Shown piece after piece: positions 9,430-19,363 of a stretch of DNA of 51,615 nt. The position numbers and the translations under genes are program-made. Source of the DNA: Archangiaceae bacterium (GTDB lineage Bacteria; Myxococcota; Myxococcia; Myxococcales; Myxococcaceae); contig JAYVCD010000031.1 of the NCBI GenBank assembly GCA_043750125.1, positions 1-51,615 on the forward strand, written 5' to 3'. The notes under the pieces were generated by a model that saw only the letters and a list, made by a program, of their open reading frames with translations, had not been told where the DNA came from and searched no databases. Position 1 is the first letter of the stretch. Each line of letters opens with the position of its first letter.

Positions 9430-11172
9430 ATGAGCGACGAGCTGGTGGTGAACGGCCGCAGGGTGGCGCGCGCCATCCTCGCGGGGTTCGACAAGCACTA
9501 CCGGATTTTTCGCGAGATGAGCATCACCGCGAAGGCGCGCTTCGAGCTCGGCGACTGGCGCGCGATCAAAGAAGCCCACCGGACCCGCATCGACATGTAC
9601 GCGACCCGGGTGGTGGAAGCCGTCGCCACCCTGCGCGAGAACTTTCCCGAAGCGCTGAGCGACACCGGCTGGCCCGCGATCAAGCACGCGTACATCGAGT
9701 TGCTGCTCGGCCACAGTCAACCCGAGCTGGCCGAGACGTTCTTCAATTCCGTCGCCTGCCGCGTCCTCGACCGCGCCTACTTTCACAACCAGTACATCTT
9801 TTGGCGCCCGTCGGTCTCGACCGAGCACATCGACGGCGAGCAGCCCACCTACCGCAGCTACTACCCCTCGGCCCACGGGCTCAATGCGGCGCTCAAGACG
9901 ATGGTCGCCGACCTGCAGCTGGCCAACGCCTGGGAAGATCTCGACCGCGACATCGAAGCCGTCACCCGCGCGCTCTGGGAATTTCTTCCCCGCCCGATCG
10001 AGGAGCACGCCGAAGTGCAGCTGCAGGTGCTCTCGTCGCTGTTCTTTCGCAACAAGGCCGCCTACCTGATTGGGGTGGTGGTCAATGGTCCGGAGAGCAC
10101 CCCGTTCGCGATCCCGATTCTCCACAATGCCCACCACGAACTTTTCTTCGACGCGGTGCTGCTGCGCAGGGCCGAGCTGGGGACATTGTTCTCGCTGGCC
10201 CGGGTCTACTTCATGGTCGACATGGAAGTGCCGTCGGCCTTCGTCTCGTTCCTGAAGGCTATTTTCCCCGACAAGCCCAACGCCGAGCTCTACATCTCGG
10301 TCGGCCTGGCCAAGCAGGGCAAGACGCTCTTCTACCGCGACCTGTTCGAGCACCTGAAGCACTCGAGCGACAAGTTCGTCGCCGCGCCGGGGGTGAAGGG
10401 AATGGTGATGCTCGTCTTCACCCTTCCCTCGTTTCCCTACGTCTTCAAGATCATCCGAGATCGCTTCGAACCGCCGAAGACGTCCGACCGCGCTCACGTC
10501 GAGGCGCAGTACCGGCGGGTGAAGGCCAATGATCGCGTCGGGCGAATGGCCGACACGCTCGAGTACTCGGACGTGGCATTTCCCTTGAGTCGTTTCGAGC
10601 CTGCCTTGCTCGAAGAGCTCGAGGCGAAGGCTCAGACCCTGCTCGAGCGGCAGGACGACAAGCTGATCATCAAGCACCTGTACATCGAGCGCCGACTGCT
10701 TCCGCTCGATCTGTTCTTGCTCCAAGCCGACGACCCCGGCCTGCGCCAGGGCCTGCGCGAGTACGGAAACGCGATTCGCGAGCTGGCCGGAGCCAACATT
10801 TTTCCCGGCGACCTGCTGCTGAAAAACTTCGGAGTCACCCGCTACGGGCGGGTGGTCTTCTACGACTACGACGAGATCGCTCCCCTCGAGCAGATGACGT
10901 TTCGCCGGATGCCGACCGCCCGCGATGACGACGATGAGACCCGGGGCGAGCCCTGGTTCTTCGTCGGTCCCAACGACGTCTTCCCCGAGGAATTTGCAAA
11001 GTTCATCTTTCCGACCGAACGAATGCAGCAGATTTTCCTCGAAGAACACTCCGAGCTGTTCACCCCCGAGTTCTGGCTTCAGCTGCAGGCGCGCCTGAAC
11101 GCGGGCGAGGTGCTCGACGTGTTTCCCTACCCCGACTCGCGACGGTTTCCCCACCCGCATCGGGTGGGGTGA
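9430..11172 (+). CDS. aceK: Isocitrate dehydrogenase kinase/phosphatase
   Basis: ELAETFFNSV, FFRNKAAYLIG, APGVKGMVMLVFTLP, YVFKIIRD, DRVGRMADT, NIFPGDLLLKNFGVTRYGRVVFYDYDEI; 580 aa. Confidence 0.97.
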   Translation: MSDELVVNGRRVARAILAGFDKHYRIFREMSITAKARFELGDWRAIKEAHRTRIDMYATRVVEAVATLRENFPEALSDTGWPAIKHAYIELLLGHSQPELAETFFNSVACRVLDRAYFHNQYIFWRPSVSTEHIDGEQPTYRSYYPSAHGLNAALKTMVADLQLANAWEDLDRDIEAVTRALWEFLPRPIEEHAEVQLQVLSSLFFRNKAAYLIGVVVNGPESTPFAIPILHNAHHELFFDAVLLRRAELGTLFSLARVYFMVDMEVPSAFVSFLKAIFPDKPNAELYISVGLAKQGKTLFYRDLFEHLKHSSDKFVAAPGVKGMVMLVFTLPSFPYVFKIIRDRFEPPKTSDRAHVEAQYRRVKANDRVGRMADTLEYSDVAFPLSRFEPALLEELEAKAQTLLERQDDKLIIKHLYIERRLLPLDLFLLQADDPGLRQGLREYGNAIRELAGANIFPGDLLLKNFGVTRYGRVVFYDYDEIAPLEQMTFRRMPTARDDDDETRGEPWFFVGPNDVFPEEFAKFIFPTERMQQIFLEEHSELFTPEFWLQLQARLNAGEVLDVFPYPDSRRFPHPHRVG

Positions 11173-11182
11173 GGCGAGCGGG

Positions 11183-11360
11183 CTATTTGGTGGCCAGCAG
11201 CGACACCGGCTTGATCTCCGGCGGCTCGGCCAGCAAATCCGGAGCGACCTTCATCAGGGCTTTGGCGATCTCGCCCTCGAGGTGCGCCTTGCGACCGCTT
11301 TCGTCCGCGAGCGCGTCGAAGACCCAGCACTGCTTGTCCTCGGTCTGAAACGCGTACCAG
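11183..11360 (-). pseudogene. C-terminal remnant of an ABM/putative quinol monooxygenase
   Basis: WYAFQ...VFDALADESGRKAHLEGEIAKALM...LLAEPPEIKPVSLLATK; the N-terminal half is missing. Confidence 0.65.
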
Positions 11361-11411
11361 AGCCGGCGAGGAAATGAATAGTCGCGCCGAGGAGCCACCG
11401 CGCGAACGGCT

Positions 11412-11675
11412 TCAGTCGACCTTGTCGACCGCCTTCTTCGCCCCGTCGACCACTTCGTCCTTCTTCTCGCCGACGCGGTGCTTGCCCTTCTTCGCCGCGC
11501 ACTCTGCCTTGGTCCCGGTGCACAGCGCCTCGTCCACCCGATTCGCGCCCTTCTTCACCCCGCGCTTCACGTCGTTGCCAGTGGCGGCGGCTTTCTCGTC
11601 GGCGGTCTGCGCGAGAACGGGCGTGGCGAGGACAAGCGCGAAGGCGACGGCGGCACTGCGGATGATGCAATTCAT
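11412..11675 (-). CDS. Small secreted charged protein with a C-x5-C motif
   Basis: GGAG RBS; signal peptide ...ATPVLA; Lys/Asp-rich helix with CTGTKAEC. Confidence 0.7.
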   Translation of the reverse strand: MNCIIRSAAVAFALVLATPVLAQTADEKAAATGNDVKRGVKKGANRVDEALCTGTKAECAAKKGKHRVGEKKDEVVDGAKKAVDKVD

Positions 11676-11940
11676 TTACGGCTCCTTTGGGTGAGTAAGA
11701 CATTGACGGGGGCGATCCGGTCGACTCGCCGTTCGAGCGAATCGATTTCCTTGATCAAAACTTTGGTCCACAGCAGCACCTCGGCCTGTCCTTCCTCGAG
11801 GCTCGCGCGGTCGTGGGTCGTGAGGCGATCGCAGCGTTCCCGAAGCTTCGCCCCGCGGTGCGCCAGAAAGCCGACGGCACGCCGCGGCACCCCAGACACA
11901 AGAGGAGTGCGCAGCCAAGAGTCAGACGCAACGGGTTCAT
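11672..11940 (-). pseudogene. Probable frameshifted lipoprotein remnant
   Basis: MNPLRLTLGCALLLCLGC signal in one frame; protein-like helix EVLLWTKVLIKEIDSLERRVDRI in another. Confidence 0.3.
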
Positions 11941-12178
11941 GATGACGAGGCTCGTTTGCGACCCTCGTGCCGAACCGCATCACCGCCGCAAACTCCCCGC
12001 GATTGGGGGGTGGACCGAGCCCAGGCCGTAGCGAAGTGCACCACTCCACAAAAGGGCTACAGGTTTGCGGCGCAACGCTCCGCAAAAGCCGCCTCCCTTG
12101 CGGAAAGCGGCCTTTGGTCGCGCAAATAGGAAGGAAGTGAGAGCCCCAAGGTGGACGAGCGATGCTGCGGGCTCTCAC

Positions 12179-12295
12179 TAAAGAAGGCGGCCCGGCACCG
12201 TACTGGAGCCGAGCCGCGGGTCTTCTTGAATTACTTGCACGATGAACTGCTGAAGTGGTGGGGGGAAACCGCCTTCAACTCGACTCATCGCCTGC
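12179..12295 (-). ncRNA. pxr: Pxr-like small regulatory RNA (about 116 nt)
   Basis: Minus strand ...GAGTCGAGTTGAAGGCGGTTTCCCCCCACCACTTCAGC...TCAAGAAG...GCGGCTCGGC-loop-GCCGGGCCGCCTTCTTT: C-rich-loop hairpin plus terminator hairpin, directly downstream of a sigma54 activator gene and behind a sigma54 promoter, as known for M. xanthus pxr. Sequence resemblance is from memory. Confidence 0.8.
12180..12228 (-). terminator. Intrinsic terminator of the sRNA
   Basis: GC-rich stem GCGGCTCGGC/GCCGGGCCGC followed by CTTCTTT. Confidence 0.7.
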
Positions 12296-12305
12296 CCAGC
12301 ACTAG

Positions 12306-12321
12306 AGCACGCCGCATGCCA
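12306..12321 (-). promoter_or_regulatory. sigma54 (-24/-12) promoter of the sRNA
   Basis: Minus strand TGGCAT-GCGGC-GTGCT fits TGGCAC-N5-TTGC; predicts a start near 12295. Confidence 0.8.
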
Positions 12322-12347
12322 GTTCCATGTTCGCGTCTGCCACGCAA

Positions 12348-12360
12348 ATTCAATGGCTTA
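12348..12360 (+). promoter_or_regulatory. IHF-like site
   Basis: ATTCAATGGCTTA, one mismatch to WATCAANNNNTTR, lying between the enhancer and the sigma54 promoter. Confidence 0.5.
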
Positions 12361-12384
12361 AGGCTCAATTTTGACGCACCCACC

Positions 12385-12415
12385 TTTCACCCCTGAAACG
12401 ATTTCATTACTGAAA
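12385..12415. promoter_or_regulatory. Tandem palindromic enhancer-binding-protein sites
   Basis: TTTCA-CCCC-TGAAA (12385-12398) and TTTCA-TTAC-TGAAA (12402-12415), about 90-120 bp upstream of the predicted start. Confidence 0.65.
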
Positions 12416-12431
12416 TGAAATTTGAATCGGA

Positions 12432-13862
12432 TCAGGACGGCTCGGACCCGGTGGTTTTCAAGTCGAGCCGCTTCATCTTCCGCCAGAGGGTGGTGGGAGA
12501 AATTCCCAATTGTTCCGCGACATGGGCCAGGTCGGCCGGAGATTTTTCCAATGCGGCTGTAATGGCCCGCCGCTCGGCGTCGTTGACCGCGTTGGCCAGG
12601 GTCCCGGTGGGAATCGCCATTTCGGTGGTGGGAGTCGAGCGCCCCGAAATCCCCACGGGGTCGGACCTCGATGTCGCGCGGGTGCGCAGCGGAAAGTCGA
12701 TCGGCATCAACTCTTCGGTCTCGCTCAAGGCGGCGGCCTGCTCGACCAGGTTCTCGAGCTCGCGAACGTTGCCAGGAAAGTCGTGCTTCATCAGGTGCTC
12801 GGCGGCGTTCTGCGACAAGCGGTGCTTGCGAACGTTTCGCTCATTGGCGCGTTGCAGAAAGTGCTCAGCCAACACCGGAACATCGTCGAGCCGGTCGCGC
12901 AGCGGAGGGACGGTGAGGCTGACCACGTTCAGCCGGTAGAAGAGGTCCTGGCGAAAGCGCTTCTCTTCCACTTCCCGCTCGATGTCCCGGTTGGTGGCGG
13001 CGACGGTGCGGACATCGACCTTCAGCGAGCCGCTCTCGCCGACCCGACGCACCTCGCCTTCCTGCAGCACGCGCAGCAACTTGCTCTGAAAGCCGGTGGT
13101 GGTCTCGGTGACTTCGTCGATGAACAGGGTTCCGCCGTGGGCCTCTTCGAACAAGCCTCGGCGGGCTTTGACTGCGCCGGTGAAGGCGCCGCGCGCGTGG
13201 CCGAACAGCTCGCTTTCCAACAGGCTCTCGGTGATCGCCGCGCAGTTGACGGGGACGAAGGGGTTCGCCTTTCGCCGAGAGAGAGTGTGCACCGCGCGCG
13301 CGACGAGCTCTTTGCCGGTGCCGGACTCGCCGGTAATCAGCACCGTGGCATCGGAAGGAGCCACCCGAGACAGGCGGCTGATCAAGTCGCGCATCGGCTG
13401 GCTGCGCCCGACCAGCGACGACAACCCGTGACGTTGGTTGAATTCTCCGGCGAAGAGGTCGACCTGGGAAATCAGGTGCGCCCGCTCGAGCGCCTTGTGC
13501 ACCCGGTGAACGAGCTCGCCTTCCTTGAACGGCTTGGTGATGTAGTCGTAGGCCCCGCGGCGCATCGCATCGACCGCAGACTCGATGGATCCATAGGCGG
13601 TCATCACGATCACCTGGGCGTGCGGCACCACCTCCAAAGCGCGCTTGAGCAGGGTGAGCCCGTCGATCGGTTCCATCTTCAAATCGGTGAGCAGCAGGTC
13701 CACCGGGTGGGCCGCGAGCATGCTCAGCGCTTCTTCCCCGCTGCCCGCTTCGTCGACCTGGTACCCCTCGGCGCGCAGCAACATCGCGGTCGTCGAGCGC
13801 ATGTTGCGCTGATCATCGACGACCAGGACCTTGCCCTTCGATTCTGAACTCTGAGGATCCAT
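12432..13862 (-). CDS. sigma54-dependent response regulator (REC-AAA+-Fis HTH), probable Nla19/PxrR orthologue
   Basis: VLVVDD receiver, GESGTGKE, ESELFGH, GAFTGA, RFRQDLFYRLNV, PGNVRELEN, LGISPTTLWRK; adjacent to the Pxr-like RNA. Confidence 0.93.
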   Translation of the reverse strand: MDPQSSESKGKVLVVDDQRNMRSTTAMLLRAEGYQVDEAGSGEEALSMLAAHPVDLLLTDLKMEPIDGLTLLKRALEVVPHAQVIVMTAYGSIESAVDAMRRGAYDYITKPFKEGELVHRVHKALERAHLISQVDLFAGEFNQRHGLSSLVGRSQPMRDLISRLSRVAPSDATVLITGESGTGKELVARAVHTLSRRKANPFVPVNCAAITESLLESELFGHARGAFTGAVKARRGLFEEAHGGTLFIDEVTETTTGFQSKLLRVLQEGEVRRVGESGSLKVDVRTVAATNRDIEREVEEKRFRQDLFYRLNVVSLTVPPLRDRLDDVPVLAEHFLQRANERNVRKHRLSQNAAEHLMKHDFPGNVRELENLVEQAAALSETEELMPIDFPLRTRATSRSDPVGISGRSTPTTEMAIPTGTLANAVNDAERRAITAALEKSPADLAHVAEQLGISPTTLWRKMKRLDLKTTGSEPS

Positions 13863-13883
13863 GGCGACAAAACAAGTATGCGG

Positions 13884-15842
13884 TCAGCCCTTCTTGCGAA
13901 GCACCCGCTTTTCACCCACCCGTAGAGTTATCTTCTGGGCGTCGAAGTGTTCCGCCAAGGGAATCAAAAACTTTCTCGAGAGCCCGGTCATTTCTTTGAA
14001 CTGCTGAGTGGTGATTTCCCCCTTACCCTTGAGGTGGGCGACCAGCCGCTCTTCGAGTGCCTTGAGCGCGGTCGAGGAGAACCACAGCTCTGCCGCTCGA
14101 CTGACCTGCCCTTCTGAGGTGAGCACCTTGAGCAGCTCGAGCACCCGGGCCTCGGGCAACCGCAGCGCCCCCCCCAACTCGGCCAATAACGGCGGCTGCA
14201 GGCCGGCCTTGTCCAGCAGGCCCAGCAACTTCTGGCGATCATCTCCCGCCCGGCCTTCGAGCGCCCGGCGACGACCCTTCAGCCGGGCCAGCTGACCGTC
14301 GGTTTCCAGCCGCCCCGCTTCGACTCCGGCGGCGAGCAGCTTGGCGAACGCCCGTTCCTGGGTGACGCCCAGCTTCTGGCGCAGCTCTTCGCGCGGCATC
14401 CCGTCCTGCTCGGGTTGGCCCTGGTGGAACGTCTCGAGCATCGCGGCCGCGCGCGCCCCCAGCCCGGCAAAGACATCGGCCCCCAGGTACCGGCGGGCGT
14501 CCTTGTCGACGAGCACCAGCCGGCCCCGCGCCGCTCCGACTTCCAGCACCCGGGAAAGCTCTTTGGAAGGCATCCCGACCTTGGCGTAGAGCTCCTTCTC
14601 GGTCAGCCCCGCGTAGCCGGCTTCGGTGAGCAGCCAGGCGACCCGCGCGTCCACGTCGGCGGCGGCGAAGGCTTGCAGCTTGTCGGCAGAGCCCCGCTTT
14701 CGGCGCGGAGGGTTGAGCGTCAACACCCGCCCCCCGGCGAGGGTCGCTCCCCGTCCCTCGAGCGCGCGTGAGCCCCGAAGAATGAACCGCTGGTTGGGCA
14801 GCGCGGCCAACGCAGTCGCCAGCCGCAGCTGCGCAAAACAGCGCTCGCCCGGACGCAGGGCGTCCACGTCGAGCAGGCGGACCGAGACTTCGACGTGGGC
14901 GGTGCCCAGCGACAGCAGTTGGCGACTGCGGCGGGGCAACGGCTGCGGCACCGAGGGCAGCAGGCTGAGCTCTACGTCGATCACCCGCGCCGCCGGAAGC
15001 TCTCCCGCGCGCACCACCGCCATCCCGCGCTTCACGTCATCGGCTTCGAGGTCGGCGAGGTTCAGCGCGACGCGCTCTCCGGGGCCCGCCTTCGAGACTC
15101 CCAGGGCGTGAACCTGAATCGAGCGAACGCGAAACGGGCCCGGCATTCCCGGCAGCAGCGACACCGTGTCTTCCACCGCCAGCTGCCCTGAGAGCAGCGT
15201 GCCGGTGACCACGGTTCCAAACCCTTTGAGGGAAAAGGCGCGATCCACGGGAAGAAACGCGGGGCCTTCCACCGGTCGGGTCCGCGCGCTGTTCAACGCC
15301 TCAGGCGCGTACAGCACCTCACCCTTCGCCAGCGCCTGGCACTGGGCAGCAATCTCGTCCTTCAGCTGATCGAGGCCTTCGCCGGTGCGGGTGCTCACGC
15401 ACAGCAGCGGAGCTCCTTCGAGAAACGTCCCCGGCGTCAGCGTGCGCAGATCTGCCTCGAGCAGCGCCAGCCAGCCCTCGCCCAGGCCCGGAAGCAGGTC
15501 TGCCTTGGTGATGATCAGCAGTCCCGCCCGGACGCCCAGCAGGGTGCAGATGTCGACGTGCTCGCGGGTCTGCGGCATCACGCCTTCGTCGGCGGCGACC
15601 ACCAGCAGCGCAAGGTCGATGCCCCCCGCGCCGGCAGCCATCGCCTTGACGAAGCGCTCGTGGCCCGGGACGTCAATCACTCCCACCTGTCGGCCATCGG
15701 GCAACGTCAGATGTGCAAAGCCCAGCTCGGTGGTGATCCCGCGCTTTTTTTCTTCGGGCAACCGGTCGGTATCGATCCCGGTCAGGGCCTTCACCAGCGA
15801 CGTCTTGCCGTGGTCGACGTGACCTGCGGTTCCGACAATCAC
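13884..15842 (-). CDS. selB: Selenocysteine-specific elongation factor
   Basis: GTG start [50 protein letters not shown]-terminal winged helix [15 protein letters not shown]...RVGEKR. Confidence 0.96.
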   Translation of the reverse strand: MIVGTAGHVDHGKTSLVKALTGIDTDRLPEEKKRGITTELGFAHLTLPDGRQVGVIDVPGHERFVKAMAAGAGGIDLALLVVAADEGVMPQTREHVDICTLLGVRAGLLIITKADLLPGLGEGWLALLEADLRTLTPGTFLEGAPLLCVSTRTGEGLDQLKDEIAAQCQALAKGEVLYAPEALNSARTRPVEGPAFLPVDRAFSLKGFGTVVTGTLLSGQLAVEDTVSLLPGMPGPFRVRSIQVHALGVSKAGPGERVALNLADLEADDVKRGMAVVRAGELPAARVIDVELSLLPSVPQPLPRRSRQLLSLGTAHVEVSVRLLDVDALRPGERCFAQLRLATALAALPNQRFILRGSRALEGRGATLAGGRVLTLNPPRRKRGSADKLQAFAAADVDARVAWLLTEAGYAGLTEKELYAKVGMPSKELSRVLEVGAARGRLVLVDKDARRYLGADVFAGLGARAAAMLETFHQGQPEQDGMPREELRQKLGVTQERAFAKLLAAGVEAGRLETDGQLARLKGRRRALEGRAGDDRQKLLGLLDKAGLQPPLLAELGGALRLPEARVLELLKVLTSEGQVSRAAELWFSSTALKALEERLVAHLKGKGEITTQQFKEMTGLSRKFLIPLAEHFDAQKITLRVGEKRVLRKKG

Positions 15843-16435
15843 ATCAGGGCCCGAAAGCGCTGGTCGGTCGAGAGGTCGTAGTCCCAAGGGAAGACAAAGA
15901 AGGCGCCTGATTTTTCCCAATAGAAATCAGGGGCGAAGCCCTTCGGTCGGCAGACCAGCGCGGTGGTCGAGATCGCCTTCGCACCCGCGACCTTCACCAG
16001 TTCCGACGCGAGGTCCAGCGTGTCTCCTGAAGCGGCGATGTCGTCGACGATCATCACCCGTCGGCCCTTGAGGCCTTTGGGCATCACGCCCGAGAGCTTG
16101 GGAGCAGCGGACACTCCCTGGTCGCGGCTGCGCCTTGAAATCCGCACCGGGTAGAACTCCACTTTCAGCGCGCTGGCCAATGCGCCCCCGACGAACACGC
16201 CCCCATGCGCGACGCCGACCACCGCGTCCGGGCGGAACTTCTTTGCGATCTTCAACGCCAGCTGCTGCACCACCGCATCGAACTGGGCCCACGACAGCTC
16301 GCGCGCAGTGCTGTGGGAACCCGACCGGTCGATGCCCTCGAGCATCGCAGGCGATTCGGGCTTCTTGCGCGCCCGCACCGGTCGGGCCGGGGCCTTCGTC
16401 TTCTTCTTCGGGGTGGGTTTCTTTTTCGGTGCCAT
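15839..16435 (-). CDS. Type I phosphoribosyltransferase with a Lys-rich N-terminal tail
   Basis: LSWAQFD, VVGVAHGG, VMIVDDIAASGDTL (PRPP loop), FFVFPWD; stop overlaps the selB start. Confidence 0.85.
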   Translation of the reverse strand: MAPKKKPTPKKKTKAPARPVRARKKPESPAMLEGIDRSGSHSTARELSWAQFDAVVQQLALKIAKKFRPDAVVGVAHGGVFVGGALASALKVEFYPVRISRRSRDQGVSAAPKLSGVMPKGLKGRRVMIVDDIAASGDTLDLASELVKVAGAKAISTTALVCRPKGFAPDFYWEKSGAFFVFPWDYDLSTDQRFRALM

Positions 16436-16440
16436 GAGGT

Positions 16441-18456
16441 TCACGGAGCGCAGGAGTCGAAGCCGAGGATCGCGAAGTGGGTCGAAACCCGAAGCCCGCC
16501 GAGGCGACAGGTCGAGCTGCCCGGGCAGACGGTAGCCCCGATGCAGGCCTGGAAGCAGGCTTTGCCCGTGCCAGTCGAAGGCGCCTGCAGCGTGCCGCAC
16601 ACCCCCGAAGCGCAGTCCGAGTCCTGGTTGCAGGGGCTGGCGCCGCCGAGAATTCCGCTCGCATGCGAGGGCCTGCAGCGCAGCACCAGCGACTGGCCGG
16701 CATCGAGCGGGTCTGCATCGGGAACACAGCGCGCGCCCCCGTCGGGGCGGCAGTCCTGATCCACCTCGCAGCCGCTGCCGCCACACAGCTTCGCGGTCAG
16801 CAGCTTGTCGTCGGGCGTTCCGGGCACGCCGTCGAAGCCTTTGAAGCCGAGGAAGGTGAGGGGCGCGCATTGCAGCGGGCCGGTGGGCGAGCCGGCATCG
16901 GCGGCGCAGTCGGCGGCGGTGTCGCACCCTTCCGCGCAGTAGCCGACCCGCGCGCTTCCCCGCCCGTCCTCGAGCAGGCAGAAGCCCGACTTGCACTGGG
17001 AATTGAGGCTGCACTCGGCGCCGGCGACCCGGGGACCTGCAGGGGGCGCGCAGCTGGTCACGAAGGAAGGGGTGTAGCCCGGCACAAAGCGGCTGCGGCA
17101 CGCGATGTTGGCTCCGTATTCAGCGCAGCCCACCGACGAAGTGCAGGCGGGTCGACAGCCCTTGACGGTCGCATTGGCCACCGCCCCGGGGAAGACGAAG
17201 TCGCCATCGCAGCTGCCGGTGCGCCCGGCGACGGTGCAGTCTTCGTCGGTCTTGCAGGCGGAATAACAGAAGAACTTCACGCTCGAGAGCAACGGGTCGG
17301 CCTGACACGAGCCGCTGCGACACGACTTGTCGGCGGTGAGCGTGCCGGCGTCGGGAAGCACCGAGTTTTTGCAGGGGGAAAGTCCGGGCGAGGCGCCGAC
17401 CGAGAACTGACAGACGGCGGTGAGGTTCGCGCTCGCGGAAGGATCATCGTACGGCTCGCACGACTGGCTCGCGTTGCACGCCGAGTCGCGGGTGCACGCG
17501 GAGCCCCAGCCATTGTCGGGGTAGCACAGCCCGTAAAGTCGACCGTTGAAGTCGCCTTTGAAGGGTTGGCATTTCTCGCTGGAAGGACAGGCCCCCGAGA
17601 GGTTCAGGTCGCAGAAGGTCCGGCAGGACGACGTGGTCGCGCTGTCGGGGATGCAGGTGAGGTTGGGCTGACAGTTGCTGGTCGAGGCGCTGCTGCTCGG
17701 GCGGGTGCAGGCCTCGCGGTACCCCTTCAGGTTGGGCTGGGGCAGGTAGCAGACGCCCAGCGGGCCGCCTTGATCGAAGACCAGGCCGCTGCCGCCCAGG
17801 TACGTCAGCCGGTAACAGATTTCGCCCGCCTTGCAGCTCGGGCTGCTGAGGCTGCACCCATTGAGGCAGGTGTTGATGCCTCCGAGGGCGACGCAGATCA
17901 GCCCCGAATCGCACGCGGTGCCGGTGGGGCAGGCGGCGTTGAGCTTGGCGCCGGAGCAGACCCCGAGGGCTCCGCAGGTCAGGCCGTTGGGGCAATGCTT
18001 GTTCTCGAGGCAGTGAACGCAGGCTCCGCTGGTGACCTCGCAGTGGGCGGGTCCAGGAGGGGAACATTGCGCGTCGGTGGTGCAGAGCACGCACTTGTTG
18101 CTGGGGTCGCACACCGGGCGGCTCGACGGGCAGTCGGAATGGGCCCCGCACTCGGCACAGGTGAAGACATCAGCGCGACAGGTGCCGCTGGCGCAGTCCG
18201 AGTTGACGACGCAGCCGGTGAACTTGCAGGCGGCGGCGACGCAGTTCTCGCCCAGGCCACACTCGACATCGTCGGTGCATGGGGCGCGGGCGACGCAGGT
18301 TCCGGTTCGGCAGACGCCCTCGAACGCAGCCCGCTTGCAGTCCTTGCTCGTCTCGCACGGGGGACCCTCGATGACGATCGGGCCGGCGTCGGGGGTCACG
18401 GGCGCGGGGCAGGCGATCAGGAGCACCGCGAAGCTGAGAGCAAAAAGGCACCGCAT
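16441..18456 (-). CDS. Large Cys-rich repeat lipoprotein
   Basis: Lipobox LLIAC; dozens of CxxDxDC/CxxGxxC repeats. Confidence 0.8.
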   Translation of the reverse strand: MRCLFALSFAVLLIACPAPVTPDAGPIVIEGPPCETSKDCKRAAFEGVCRTGTCVARAPCTDDVECGLGENCVAAACKFTGCVVNSDCASGTCRADVFTCAECGAHSDCPSSRPVCDPSNKCVLCTTDAQCSPPGPAHCEVTSGACVHCLENKHCPNGLTCGALGVCSGAKLNAACPTGTACDSGLICVALGGINTCLNGCSLSSPSCKAGEICYRLTYLGGSGLVFDQGGPLGVCYLPQPNLKGYREACTRPSSSASTSNCQPNLTCIPDSATTSSCRTFCDLNLSGACPSSEKCQPFKGDFNGRLYGLCYPDNGWGSACTRDSACNASQSCEPYDDPSASANLTAVCQFSVGASPGLSPCKNSVLPDAGTLTADKSCRSGSCQADPLLSSVKFFCYSACKTDEDCTVAGRTGSCDGDFVFPGAVANATVKGCRPACTSSVGCAEYGANIACRSRFVPGYTPSFVTSCAPPAGPRVAGAECSLNSQCKSGFCLLEDGRGSARVGYCAEGCDTAADCAADAGSPTGPLQCAPLTFLGFKGFDGVPGTPDDKLLTAKLCGGSGCEVDQDCRPDGGARCVPDADPLDAGQSLVLRCRPSHASGILGGASPCNQDSDCASGVCGTLQAPSTGTGKACFQACIGATVCPGSSTCRLGGLRVSTHFAILGFDSCAP

Positions 18457-18530
18457 CGGGGCGTGGACCTTAGCCCGTGCCGCGTCGAATGGGCTTGCGC
18501 AGCTGCACTCGGTCGATCATCGATCGCACC

Positions 18531-19361
18531 ATGCGCTTCCACCTCTGTCTGTCGCTCTTGTTTCTTCCCCTGGCGGCCGAAGCCCGCCCCTACCGGGCGA
18601 TGATCACCCGCACTGCCGAGACCACCCCCGCCAATCACCTCGAGGTGGGCCTGCGCTACCAGGGCTTCTGGTTTGGCGCAGGGCGGCTGGAAGTGCCCCG
18701 CGCCTCGACCTGGCACCAGGTCGCCGCCCATCTGCGCTGGGGAATCATCGAGGGGCTCGAGCTCGAGGCGCAGCTCGAAGCGCTGGTCGACTTCACCCCG
18801 CAGTCCCCTCCTGCCCACGCGTACTTCGGGGACATTCCCATCGGCCTGCAATGGACCTTCTTCAATCGACCGAAGTTCGCGATGGGCATTTTCGCCCGCG
18901 TCACCCTTCCGACCGGGCCAGGGAACATCGATGTCCTTCCGCCCACGCTGTCGGACGGGACGCTGGACGTAGAAGGCACCTTCCTCGCTGAGATCCGCCC
19001 CACTTCGAGCTTCCGGATGATGTTCAACGTGGGCTTCGTCTACATGGGCATTCGCAACCGCTCTCCGTCCGCGGCCTTCGATGTGCCCGAGGCGATCAAG
19101 TACGGAGTGGCCGCCACGTTCAACATCGGGAGGCGCTTTCTCCTCGCGCTCGAGTTCACCGGGCACTCGTTCTTCCGGCCCGACATCACTCCGGTGTGGA
19201 CCCAAAACCAGCATCTTCTCGAGGTCATCCCCGGAGCGCGGTTCGAGATTGTCCCCCGCCTCGTCCTCGAGGCCGCGCTCGGAATCGCCGTTTCTCCCCA
19301 GCTGCGAGAGATTCACCAGTTTCGGCCCCTGCTCGGGCTGACCTACGAATTCGGCCCTTAG
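18531..19361 (+). CDS. Putative outer-membrane beta-barrel protein
   Basis: Signal peptide ending AEA; amphipathic strands; TLPTG motif; C-terminal GLTYEF. Confidence 0.7.
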   Translation: MRFHLCLSLLFLPLAAEARPYRAMITRTAETTPANHLEVGLRYQGFWFGAGRLEVPRASTWHQVAAHLRWGIIEGLELEAQLEALVDFTPQSPPAHAYFGDIPIGLQWTFFNRPKFAMGIFARVTLPTGPGNIDVLPPTLSDGTLDVEGTFLAEIRPTSSFRMMFNVGFVYMGIRNRSPSAAFDVPEAIKYGVAATFNIGRRFLLALEFTGHSFFRPDITPVWTQNQHLLEVIPGARFEIVPRLVLEAALGIAVSPQLREIHQFRPLLGLTYEFGP

Positions 19362-19363
19362 GC

